DNA from: Ktedonobacteria bacterium
GTDB taxonomy: Bacteria; Chloroflexota; Ktedonobacteria; Ktedonobacterales; JACDGC01
Reading direction: 5' to 3'
Length of the DNA stretch: 64,000 nucleotides
Assembly (NCBI GenBank): GCA_027459525.1
Contig: DAIDIC010000210.1
Coordinates: 12,326-76,325 of the forward strand
Numbering within the stretch: position 1 is the first letter of the stretch; each line of letters starts with the position of its first letter. The translations under genes were made by a program, and so were the position numbers. This document shows positions 48,522 to 57,736 of this stretch, in pieces. The notes below the pieces were generated by a model. It saw only the letters and a program-made list of their open reading frames with translations, was not told where the DNA came from and did not search any database.

Positions 48522-49289
48522 ATGACACAGCGTTTTTCATTAGCAGGTAAATATGCGGTTGTTACCGGAGCCAGCAGAGGTATTGGTTTTGCAGTGGCAA
48601 AATGGCTGGCTGAAGCCGGAGCAGATATTGCAGTTTGCGCGCGAAAAGAGGAAAATTTGGCAGAAATTACCCGGATAGTGCGTTCGCTTGGCCGAAAAGT
48701 AGTTTCTATCGGCGCAGATTTAGCAGAATCGGAAAGCGCGCAAATAATTATCGATCGCGCGGCGCAAGAATTTGGGTCGATTGATATTTTAGTCAATAAC
48801 GCCGGTGTCAGCCCAATATTTAAACCTGTTTTGGATACAAAGCAGGCGGAATGGGAAGATATCCTAAAAATCAACCTTACAGCGCCAATGCTGCTTTCAC
48901 AGGCCGCGGCGCGCATTATGATTGCCGCGCAAAAGGGCGGATCAATTATACAAATGGCTTCAGTTGCGGGAATAGTGGCAACACCGCGTATGGCGGCTTA
49001 CGGAGCAGCTAAGGCCGGGTTGATTCAATTAACCAAAACAATGGCGGCAGAACTGGCGCGTTATCAAATTCGGGTAAACGCAATAGCGCCGGGGTATGTG
49101 CAAAGCGATTTAACCGCTGCGTTGCTGGCAAACCCAAAATACGCCGAAAGCATTGCCGCCGCGGCGCCGCTGGGGCGAGTTGGTGTGGCAGATGAAATAG
49201 CAGGAATAGCGCTGTATTTAGCGTCAAACGCATCCTCATTTGCTACAGGCCAAGTGTTTACAGTTGATGGCGGCATATCGGCTGTTTAA
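48522..49289 (+). CDS. Short-chain dehydrogenase/reductase (FabG-like)
   Basis: VVTGASRGIG, NNAG, YGAAKAG catalytic motifs. Start at ATG 48522, because the track ORF start at 48240 overlaps the E1 gene. Confidence 0.9.
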   Translation: MTQRFSLAGKYAVVTGASRGIGFAVAKWLAEAGADIAVCARKEENLAEITRIVRSLGRKVVSIGADLAESESAQIIIDRAAQEFGSIDILVNNAGVSPIFKPVLDTKQAEWEDILKINLTAPMLLSQAAARIMIAAQKGGSIIQMASVAGIVATPRMAAYGAAKAGLIQLTKTMAAELARYQIRVNAIAPGYVQSDLTAALLANPKYAESIAAAAPLGRVGVADEIAGIALYLASNASSFATGQVFTVDGGISAV

Positions 49290-49661
49290 TCAGCGAATTG
49301 GCGATAAACCTTATAGCGCTATTTGTCCCAAATTATACATATTCAGCGTTATATATACTGATAGCAGATACTCGATTTGCCGGCTCTTATTTTCAATTGC
49401 CAAAGCGCGCGGCTTAACGTCGCATATATGACGTGTTGCAGTGAACTACCACTGAACTGAAGACTCAGGGGAGATACGCATCACCTGCTGTCGGGCAGAA
49501 TATCTTGAGTTGGCTGGCTCTCAGTAAAAGCCTGTCCCCGCAAGGGAGATATATGTGATAGCCAACAAAGCAGAGAAATTGACACCTTGCTTCTCTGCGG
49601 GTACCATTCTAAGTATTATCAGTTCTTAAAATTCAGCGCATTTGTAAGAGGAGAGTTATTC

Positions 49662-50348
49662 ATGGGCGCAAAGCCAGGCCGCATGCGTACAATACTATTG
49701 CTGTTCATGCCATTCATCATTCTAACTTCAGCGTGCAACGCTTCAACATCCAACCCTGTTTCTATTAATGGAACCACTGGGGCAAGTTCTACTTCAACAT
49801 CTACACCTGCCGACAACCAAAATATTCCTATCACGGCATACCAAAGTGTGACACCAATTCCTGGGGATTACTCATTATATGTTGACCCCAATTACGGATA
49901 CTCATTTCAATATCCCACTCCATGGATTGTTTATCCGGCGCACCCCAGCAATTCAAATGAAAGCGACGTAGCGTTTACCCAGCAATATACTGCTAATATG
50001 GAACATCCGTTGCTGGTATTTGTTGCGCGTGTTACCAACGATTACCATCATCAGTTTGTGCAAAAATATATTTGTTCGGGGCAATATGCCATGAATTCAA
50101 CGTTTGGCCCATACAAAGCTGTTGATATTACATCTCGTGGGGGAGATCCTACAGTTGGTTATGGCGGCGTTATTATCGGGCGTGTTTTTATCGCCAAAGG
50201 GCTTGTTTTTATGGTTTGGCTGGAGGCGTCCCCAAAATCTGATTATAACATTTACATGTTTTTCAAGATATACACACCGATATATCAGCATATGATGGAT
50301 TCCTTTAACGTCGGCAATGGCGCAAAACCTTTAAATAGCTGCAATTAA
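49662..50348 (+). CDS. Secreted lipoprotein, hypothetical
   Basis: MGAKPGRMRTILLLFMPFIILTSAC lipobox, AAGAGGAG RBS. Confidence 0.6.
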   Translation: MGAKPGRMRTILLLFMPFIILTSACNASTSNPVSINGTTGASSTSTSTPADNQNIPITAYQSVTPIPGDYSLYVDPNYGYSFQYPTPWIVYPAHPSNSNESDVAFTQQYTANMEHPLLVFVARVTNDYHHQFVQKYICSGQYAMNSTFGPYKAVDITSRGGDPTVGYGGVIIGRVFIAKGLVFMVWLEASPKSDYNIYMFFKIYTPIYQHMMDSFNVGNGAKPLNSCN

Positions 50349-50449
50349 AACGGCGGTGAGGAAAGAGCGTCGTTTCTGAATCTTTAAAATTTGCTGCTGA
50401 AAAGCGGGATTTGCAGAAAAAGCAAATCCCACTTTTAACACATGTGTCA

Positions 50450-50944
50450 TCAACGCAGCATAGATGTTTTGCTTGAGTGTAAGTGGCAAATGGCAATAGC
50501 AGCGGCGTCGGCGGCGTCATCGGGCTTTGGAACTTGGGAAAGGCCAAGCAGAATGCGCACCATTTCGCCCACTTGGTGTTTCGTTGCAGAGCCATAGCCT
50601 TGTACTGCTTGTTTTATCTGCATGGGAGTATATTCACTGATTTTCAGCCCAGCTTCAGCTGCCGCCAGCAACGCCACTCCACGACCCTGCCCAACAGCAA
50701 TGGCGGTGCGAGTATTACGGGCAAAAAACAGTTCTTCTACGGCAACATCATCTGGGTGAAATTGCGCAATAATATCTGAAAGTCCATGAAAAATTTTACT
50801 GAGCCGCACTTCAAATGCGTCTGACGGCTCAGTAGTAATAACATTGCACACACGCAGAGATAGCTGCGAGCGTTCTTCCGCAACAACAGCATAGCCAACA
50901 ATAGCAATTCCCGGGTCTATACCAAGGGTTACTCGCGTCGTCAT
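50450..50944 (-). CDS. ruvC: Holliday junction resolvase RuvC
   Basis: LGIDPGIAIVGYAVV...AVEELFF...DAADAAAIAICH motifs. Confidence 0.95.
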   Translation of the reverse strand: MTTRVTLGIDPGIAIVGYAVVAEERSQLSLRVCNVITTEPSDAFEVRLSKIFHGLSDIIAQFHPDDVAVEELFFARNTRTAIAVGQGRGVALLAAAEAGLKISEYTPMQIKQAVQGYGSATKHQVGEMVRILLGLSQVPKPDDAADAAAIAICHLHSSKTSMLR

Positions 50945-50959
50945 ATATACAACAGCCCG

Positions 50960-51718
50960 CTAATCTTCGCCACCCATTGCGGCGTCGCTGATTTCCGCGT
51001 TAGTGTACACATTTTGCACATCATCCAAATCTTCCAAGCGTTCAATTAAACGAATGGTTTGCAAACTTTGTTTTTCATCTAATGAAATGGTTGTTTTGGG
51101 CACCAATGAAGTGTCAGATTTAGTAACAGGAATTTTTTTTGTTTCCAGCGCGCCGCGCACCGTTTCAACTTCATTTGCCGCAGTATATACTGTCATTACC
51201 ACATCGCCTGCATCAGGCTGTTCTACATCTTCGGCCCCGGAATCAATTGCTTCGAGATAAATATCATCTGCATTTTTGCCGGTTAAATCAATTTCAATGA
51301 TGCCACGGTTTTCAAAAATCCAATCTACACAGCCATTTTCACCAAGGTTGCCACCGTTTTTCGAGAAAACGTTGCGAATTTCCGAAACCGTTCTGTTGCG
51401 ATTATCAGTCAGTGTATAGATAAGAACCGCCGCGCCACCGGGGCCATAGCCTTCGTAAGTAATTTCCTCTAATTGAGCGCCTTCACCACCGCCCAACGCG
51501 CGTTTAATGGAACGATCAATGTTTTCCATTGGCATGTTAGCAGCGCGCGCAGCGTCTATCGCTTTTCTCAGGCGAAAATTCATATTGGGATCACCACTGC
51601 CGCCTGCCCTTACTGCAACAATAATTTCGCGGCCAAGTTTGGTAAATAACTGACCTCTTCGGGCGTCGTTAACGCCTTTCTGACGCTTGATCTGCGCCCA
51701 TTTTGAGTGACCAGACAT
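50960..51718 (-). CDS. yebC: YebC/PmpR-family transcriptional or translational regulator
   Basis: MSGHSKWAQIKRQKG canonical N-terminus. GAGG upstream of ATG 51718. Confidence 0.95.
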   Translation of the reverse strand: MSGHSKWAQIKRQKGVNDARRGQLFTKLGREIIVAVRAGGSGDPNMNFRLRKAIDAARAANMPMENIDRSIKRALGGGEGAQLEEITYEGYGPGGAAVLIYTLTDNRNRTVSEIRNVFSKNGGNLGENGCVDWIFENRGIIEIDLTGKNADDIYLEAIDSGAEDVEQPDAGDVVMTVYTAANEVETVRGALETKKIPVTKSDTSLVPKTTISLDEKQSLQTIRLIERLEDLDDVQNVYTNAEISDAAMGGED

Positions 51719-52111
51719 AGGATTCGCCTCATCTCCAGAAAGTATGCAAAAGTGATATCCAACATCAAAAAGATGGAACGATATCACTGAAAAATATAGC
51801 TCAAAATTGTACGAACGTAGGCATTGTATCACCTGTTTGCCCTATTGAGCAAGAAGCGCGCAAAAACCAAACATCGCAAACAAAGCTCCATGGCCCCTCA
51901 GTTTGCTTCGCAGCAGACTGCAGATAGAAAATTCTGCCGGCTATCAAGAAACTGAGAGATATTCGCTTTATGATATGTGTTATGGTATACTGTTGTCTAA
52001 GCCCGCTATAATGGGCTTTAGTACATCCCAAAATGCGAAGATTCAGTTTGCAGTTTTAAAAAAATTGCGCCAGCCATGCCGGCTGGTGAAAACAGAACAG
52101 GAGAATTGACT

Positions 52112-54169
52112 ATGAGAGTCTTTAAACCGGAGAGTATCCGCAATGTTGCCTTGATTGCGCACAGCGGCTCGGGAAAAACTTCGCTGGCGGATGTCGCCCT
52201 CTTTGACACAAAAGCAGCAACACGCATCGGTCGAGTGGACGACGGCTCATCAGTGATGGATTATGAACCTGAAGAGTTGAAGCGAAAGATGACACTATCT
52301 TTAAAGATAGCTCCGGTAGAATGGAAGGATACAAAAATTAATCTGCTTGATACTCCCGGATATATCGACCTTATCGGTGATGTTCATTCAGCTCTGCGCG
52401 CCGCAGATTCTGCCGCGCTGATCATTTCGGCGGAAAAAGGAGTTGAAGTAGGCGCAGAGATCGCATGGAACTCGGCGGCCGAATATGGCTTGCCCCGCAT
52501 TATTTTTGTCAATAAGTTAGATCGTGAAAATACCAGTTTCGATCGCGCATTACAATCGGCGCAAAAAATGTTTGGCAAACAAGTGGCGCCGCTGCATGCG
52601 CCTATCGGTTCACAGGCCAGCTTTCGCGGAGTGGTGGATATTTGCAGTGGTATAGCGTATTTTTTTGAGAAAGATACAATAACAACCGGCGCGCCGCCCG
52701 ATGATATGAAAGATATTATTGAAAATTACCGTGTGCAATTAACAGAAGCCGCCGTGGAAAATGATGATACATTGATGATGAAATATCTGGACGGCGAAGC
52801 CATCTCGGCTGATGAGCTGCGCGCCGCAGTTTGCGCAGGTGTTCGAAATAGCGCTTTGATTCCCGTCTTAGCCGGCTCTGCCGCAAAAAATATTGGCGTA
52901 CAATTGCTGATGGATACTATCGTTGAAATGACTCCTTCCGCCAGCGAAACCATTAAAACCATGAAAGACCTCGACCATACCGGCACAGCGGCGCTGATTT
53001 TTAAAACATTTGAAGATCCACAACGCGGCCGAATTTCCGCCATCCGGGTATTCAAAGGCACGCTAAAACCCGATGTGCATTTATGGAACCCGCATACCCT
53101 TACCGAAGAACGCATTGGGCAGCTGCTTTTGCTGCGCGGCAAACAACAGGAAGCGTTAGAAGCGCTCCCTGAAGGTGATATTGCCAGCGTTGTAAAGCTG
53201 AACAAAACTCACACCGGTGACACTTTATGCCAGGATAAAGACCATACCGCAGAATTGCAGGGAATAAAGTTCCCCAAACCAGCGTATACAGCCGCAATTG
53301 AACCGAAAAGCAAATCGGACCTCGATCGATTAAGCACCGCTTTGTCACGCGCCTGTGAGGAAGACCCGACGGTGCATGTCAGCCGCGATCAGGAAACCGC
53401 CGAAACACAATTAATGGGCTTGGGTGAATCGCATATTGAAATTACCCTTGAACGTATGCAACGCAAATATGGGGTGGAAGTGACAAAACATAACCCACAT
53501 ATTCCTTACCGCGAAACCATTAAAAAACCTGCCCAAGCGAATGGCCGCTTCAAAAAACAGTCCGGCGGACACGGCCAGTTTGGAGATGTAGTTTTAGAGG
53601 TTGCTCCGCTTCCGCCGGGCAGCGAAGAAACATTGGTTTTTGAAAACAAAATTGTCGGCGGGGTAGTGCCCAGAGAATATGTGCCCGGTGTGGAAAAAGG
53701 CGTGCGGGAGTTTATGCAGCACGGCTTCCTTTCCGGCTGCCAGATGATTGGGTTGCGTGTGGCGCTCATTGACGGTAAATATCATCCGGTCGATTCATCG
53801 GCGCAAGCGTTTGAAGTCGCAGCAAACCTAGCAATGAAAGAGGCTATGGTAAAAGCAATGCCGGTAATTCTTGAGCCAATGATGCGTGTAACCATTTTTG
53901 CTCCTGAATCCTTTGTAGGTGATATTACCAGCGGACTAAACACCAAACGCGGCCGAATTTCCGGAATGGATTCTGCAGCAAACGGCTTACAAATTATTAA
54001 CGCTGTGGCGCCAATGGCGGAAATGATGCATTACGCCACTGATTTGCGGTCCATTACCCAAGGCAGAGGCTCGTTTACTGTGGAATTTGATCACTACGAA
54101 GAAGTTCCGCCGCTGGTGCAAAAAGAGATTACCGAAGCGCACGCCGCAACGCGGGCGCAAGCCAGCTAA
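52112..54169 (+). CDS. Elongation factor G-like GTPase (EF-G paralog)
   Basis: Five-domain EF-G length. G1 reads AHSGSGKTS rather than AHIDAGKTT. DTPGYIDL, NKLD. AGGAG RBS before ATG 52112. Confidence 0.85.
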   Translation: MRVFKPESIRNVALIAHSGSGKTSLADVALFDTKAATRIGRVDDGSSVMDYEPEELKRKMTLSLKIAPVEWKDTKINLLDTPGYIDLIGDVHSALRAADSAALIISAEKGVEVGAEIAWNSAAEYGLPRIIFVNKLDRENTSFDRALQSAQKMFGKQVAPLHAPIGSQASFRGVVDICSGIAYFFEKDTITTGAPPDDMKDIIENYRVQLTEAAVENDDTLMMKYLDGEAISADELRAAVCAGVRNSALIPVLAGSAAKNIGVQLLMDTIVEMTPSASETIKTMKDLDHTGTAALIFKTFEDPQRGRISAIRVFKGTLKPDVHLWNPHTLTEERIGQLLLLRGKQQEALEALPEGDIASVVKLNKTHTGDTLCQDKDHTAELQGIKFPKPAYTAAIEPKSKSDLDRLSTALSRACEEDPTVHVSRDQETAETQLMGLGESHIEITLERMQRKYGVEVTKHNPHIPYRETIKKPAQANGRFKKQSGGHGQFGDVVLEVAPLPPGSEETLVFENKIVGGVVPREYVPGVEKGVREFMQHGFLSGCQMIGLRVALIDGKYHPVDSSAQAFEVAANLAMKEAMVKAMPVILEPMMRVTIFAPESFVGDITSGLNTKRGRISGMDSAANGLQIINAVAPMAEMMHYATDLRSITQGRGSFTVEFDHYEEVPPLVQKEITEAHAATRAQAS

Positions 54170-54215
54170 TCGAGCGATGAGCGGCGGTGATATTGCCGAG
54201 GCAGTTTGCCGCATC

Positions 54216-54256
54216 AGGAGCCGGATAAAAGAAATCTGGCTCCTTTGCTGTTTTGT
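54216..54256 (+). terminator. Rho-independent terminator after the EF-G-like gene
   Basis: AGGAGCC, 15-nt loop, GGCTCCT, followed by TTGCTGTTTTGT. Confidence 0.55.
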
Positions 54257-54267
54257 GGAATCAAAAA

Positions 54268-54672
54268 CTACATTGCCGGCATAGTATATTCTTCATCGGT
54301 AACGTGGCTGCCCCACGTTGCGCTGGTTCCGGCGGCGTCAACTTCCAGAAACGCAATATGCGTCATAAAGCGCTGTGGCGCCGCCCCATGCCAATGTTCT
54401 TCATTGGGTTCAAAAAACACTTTGTCACCCGGATAAAGCACTTCTACTGGACCGCCGCGCCGCTGACACAGACCGATTCCTTCTGTCACATAGATAGTTT
54501 GCCCGCAGGGATGCGTGTGCCATGCTGTGCGAGCGCTCGGTGAAAAATGAACATTCACTGCAGAAAGCCGAGATTGTTCTGTTGGAGTAGTAATTGTGTC
54601 TACATACACTGTTCCGGTAAACCATTCTTCAGGTCCCACAGTGGTATTTAAAGAGTTTTTTGTTATGCGCAT
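54268..54672 (-). CDS. Cupin-domain protein
   Basis: WHTHPCGQTIYVTEG...EEHWHGA cupin_2 metal motifs. Confidence 0.8.
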   Translation of the reverse strand: MRITKNSLNTTVGPEEWFTGTVYVDTITTPTEQSRLSAVNVHFSPSARTAWHTHPCGQTIYVTEGIGLCQRRGGPVEVLYPGDKVFFEPNEEHWHGAAPQRFMTHIAFLEVDAAGTSATWGSHVTDEEYTMPAM

Positions 54673-54826
54673 ATTGATCTCCTATACAAAAAATTTCCGC
54701 TATTTTGGCGCCTTTGCTTAATAATGCTAAAATGTTTTGCAGTCTGCGTTACTGACACAAACATTTAGAGACTCAGCAATTCCTGTATATCGGCCTATGC
54801 AATTGCGCCAGCAGTATTTCCGCTGA

Positions 54827-55861
54827 TTACCACTGCACCATCACTTTAAGCGCTGTTCGTTTATCCATAGCTTCATATCCGGCAGGAACATTATCCAGAT
54901 CCACGGTCATATCAAGGATAGCAGATGGATCCAATGTTCCATTAACAACATCCTGCAACAATTCGGGCAAATAGGCGCGCGCGGGAGCAACTCCGCCGGT
55001 GACGGTTATGTTGCGGAAAAATCTATGGCCCATATCAGGGATTTGATCGATATGCGCCACACCAACAAAGCTGGCGATTTTCCCCGGCCGGGTAATATGC
55101 AGCGCCATATTAATGCTTTCTAATGTTCCAACGCATTCTAACACAGCGTCGGCGCCACCATGAGTTTGTTCATTCACTTCGTGCTCTGCCTGCTCACCGC
55201 GCGCCAAAATAATATCTGTTGCGCCAAATGATTGCGCTATTTTTAATCGCTGCTCTTGATGCCCAATAACAAAAATCCGCTCTGCTCCCAACCTTTTTGC
55301 GGCAAGCGCCGCACATAAACCAACCGCGCCATCGCCGATAACCGCTACCGTGCTGCCTTTGCCAACTTTTGCGGTATAAGCTGCGTGGTGACCGGTTGCC
55401 ATAACATCGGTCAGTGGAAGAACCGCTTTCAACAATTGCTTATCTTCCGCAAATGAAGGAGGAAGAGCCACTAATGTTCCGTCCGCGTAGGGAACACGCA
55501 CAGCTTCACCTTGCCCGCCATCGGCTGCTCTGCCCCAAAGTGAGACGTGCAGGCAAGAACTATGCAATCCGGCTTGACAAAACTCGCACACTCCATCGGA
55601 TATCAAAAATGGCGCAATGACACGGTCACCTTTTTTAAGAGTCTGCACTTCCGCGCCGACTTCCTCTACAATCCCCATCCATTCATGCCCCATACGTGTC
55701 CCTGGTTTTGGCTGATCAACGCCACGATATGGCCAAAGATCGGATCCGCAGATACAAGCATGGGTAACCCGAGCGATAACATCGGTTGGTTTTTGAATGA
55801 CAGGATCAGGAACACGCTCAATACGTATATCTCTTGCCCCGTAATAAACTGCTGCTTTCAT
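54827..55861 (-). CDS. Zinc-dependent alcohol/formaldehyde dehydrogenase family oxidoreductase
   Basis: CICGSDLW catalytic Zn site, GHEWMG, structural Zn Cys cluster CEFCQAGLHSSC, GDGAVGL Rossmann motif. Confidence 0.9.
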   Translation of the reverse strand: MKAAVYYGARDIRIERVPDPVIQKPTDVIARVTHACICGSDLWPYRGVDQPKPGTRMGHEWMGIVEEVGAEVQTLKKGDRVIAPFLISDGVCEFCQAGLHSSCLHVSLWGRAADGGQGEAVRVPYADGTLVALPPSFAEDKQLLKAVLPLTDVMATGHHAAYTAKVGKGSTVAVIGDGAVGLCAALAAKRLGAERIFVIGHQEQRLKIAQSFGATDIILARGEQAEHEVNEQTHGGADAVLECVGTLESINMALHITRPGKIASFVGVAHIDQIPDMGHRFFRNITVTGGVAPARAYLPELLQDVVNGTLDPSAILDMTVDLDNVPAGYEAMDKRTALKVMVQW

Positions 55862-55911
55862 GAATATCTCCTGTTTTTTACACTATTTATTTGCCAAAAA
55901 TCATTTACCTG

Positions 55912-56048
55912 TAGGACTTTTGCTTGAAAGAGCAGCGCATGGTTCTCGTATCTGCAACAAAGGGAGGTCTGGGGACACCCCAGAACCCCGTACAAGGGGC
56001 ATTGTCCCTTGTATATCCCCGATGTTCCATGCTGAAGCGAAAGTCCTG
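55912..56048 (+). mobile_element. MITE-like structured repeat, copy 6 (forward; closest to consensus)
   Basis: Full-length. Flanks ACCTG / ACATG (4 of 5 identical). Lies in the divergent region between the ADH and Pnkp-like genes. Confidence 0.9.
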
Positions 56049-56312
56049 ACATGGCAATTGGATGGATCATCCAAAACAATATTATAAAAAATTTTAAAGA
56101 AATGGTGATAGATCCAAAATATATTAGTTATTTCTCATGCAATTACATACTACACAAAATATATACCACCGCAGAAAATTGCGCCGGTTAAAAGATATCT
56201 GCTATACTGCAAAGAGACAGAAAAATTAATATGCTGGTGTCCGGCTTAGGCACGCAAAATATAATGAAAGGCCGGCGAACTGCGAAAGCATGCGCCGTAA
56301 ATAATCTGAAAA

Positions 56313-57644
56313 ATGGCGGCACAACCCGATTTGTATTCAATCAAAGTTCCTCCGTCCTCACTGGTGGTTCTTGTCGGCCCTGCCGCTTCAGGGAAAAGTT
56401 CGTGGGCAAAAAAACATTTCTCACCATCGCAAATTGTATCTTCTGATGCGCTCCGTTCCATTGTAGCTGATGATGAAGCTATGCAAGAAGCTTCATCCGA
56501 TGCGTTTATGCTGCTGTATAAAATTATCGATGCGCGGCTGCGCCGCGGCCTGCTCACTGTTGTTGATTCTACTGCGCTGACTGCAGATTCACGCAGAAAA
56601 CTTCTTACGATTGCAGCAGGTTATGGGCGCTCTGCAATTGCTGTAATTTTTCATATTGATGAAAAATTACAATATGAATGGAATGACAGACGTTCGCGCA
56701 GCGTAAATCAGCGTGTGCTGCACGAACACCGCGAACTTGCGGCAGATGCAATGAGCCACATACCTCACGAAGGCTTTTCAGCCTATTACACCATCCATTC
56801 CCCGCAAATGATTGAATCTGTTCAGGTTATCCGCAACATCGTAGATGATTCGGGGCCGTTTGATATTATCGGCGATGTGCATGGGTGTTTTAGCGAACTG
56901 TGTGATTTATTGATGAAATTGGGATATGAGCAGAGTCCTGGCAATCAATTTCTCTGGAAACATCCGCAACATAGAAAATTAGTGTTTGTTGGTGATTTAT
57001 GCGACCGAGGCCCGGATTCTGTTTCGGTCATCCGGCTGGCGATGGAGATGCAAAAAGCGCGCTTGGCGTGGCTTGTGCAAGGAAATCACGATTATAAAAT
57101 CGCAATTAAAATCGACGCAAACGATCCGCTTCCGGCGCAGCCGCAAAACGCCGGAGAAATTACCATAAGTGAAATTTTAAACGCCAGCGCAAACGCACCG
57201 CAGCTGAAACAGCAAATTATACACTTGCTGAAGTTTGCGCCGGGTTACCTGATTTTTGATAATGGCGGGTTAGTTATCACACATGGCGGTATCCTTGATT
57301 CTATGATCGGCGGTTGGAGTCCGCGAATTAAATCATTTTGCATGTATGGTGAGGTGTTTTCACCTAATAATAATAATTCTGAACGTATGGACTGGATCCA
57401 TCGGCGCCAAGTTCACAGAACCAGCCCGCTAATCGTGTACGGGCACACACCAATGCAAAATCCATATATCGTAAATAAAACAGTGGATATCGATACAGGC
57501 TGCTGTTATGGCGGCAAATTAACGGCGTATAGATATCCCGAACACACAACAGTTTGTGTCAGCGCCAAGGCAGCCTATGCCCGCAAAAAACGTAAAAATT
57601 TTCTTTCTGAAAGAGAAAACGGCAAAGAAAGAGGCGCTGATTGA
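56313..57644 (+). CDS. pnkp: Polynucleotide kinase-phosphatase (Pnkp-like) lacking the ligase domain
   Basis: P-loop kinase SLVVLVGPAASGKSSWAKKHF followed by a metallophosphoesterase: GPFDIIGDVHGC, VFVGDLCDRGPDS, GNHD, GHTP. From memory the domain order and motifs follow Clostridium thermocellum Pnkp residues 1 to about 425. The protein ends where the ligase domain would begin. Confidence 0.75.
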   Translation: MAAQPDLYSIKVPPSSLVVLVGPAASGKSSWAKKHFSPSQIVSSDALRSIVADDEAMQEASSDAFMLLYKIIDARLRRGLLTVVDSTALTADSRRKLLTIAAGYGRSAIAVIFHIDEKLQYEWNDRRSRSVNQRVLHEHRELAADAMSHIPHEGFSAYYTIHSPQMIESVQVIRNIVDDSGPFDIIGDVHGCFSELCDLLMKLGYEQSPGNQFLWKHPQHRKLVFVGDLCDRGPDSVSVIRLAMEMQKARLAWLVQGNHDYKIAIKIDANDPLPAQPQNAGEITISEILNASANAPQLKQQIIHLLKFAPGYLIFDNGGLVITHGGILDSMIGGWSPRIKSFCMYGEVFSPNNNNSERMDWIHRRQVHRTSPLIVYGHTPMQNPYIVNKTVDIDTGCCYGGKLTAYRYPEHTTVCVSAKAAYARKKRKNFLSERENGKERGAD

Positions 57645-57736
57645 CAAAGCAAAAGCCGAAACGGAACTGGCGCATTCTCCCTTTCCGGCTGCCGAAGCCG
57701 AACACAACTCTTTTAACCAGAAACGAGGATGAACGC

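Noticed and set aside
49436-49465. tRNA fragment. The minus strand reads ...CAGTTCAGTGGTAGTTCACTG..., like a D-arm.
   Set aside because: No T-arm (GGTTCGAAT-type), anticodon arm or acceptor pairing could be found around it.
49463-49598. yybP-ykoY (Mn2+) riboswitch, suggested by GGGGAGAUA and UUGACAC strings.
   Set aside because: The helix closed by ACTCA/TGAGT encloses only about 38 nt, which is too short for the four-helix architecture. The two conserved strings are not positioned as L1 and L3. The downstream gene is a lipoprotein, not a metal transporter. It is kept only as an unassigned structured leader.
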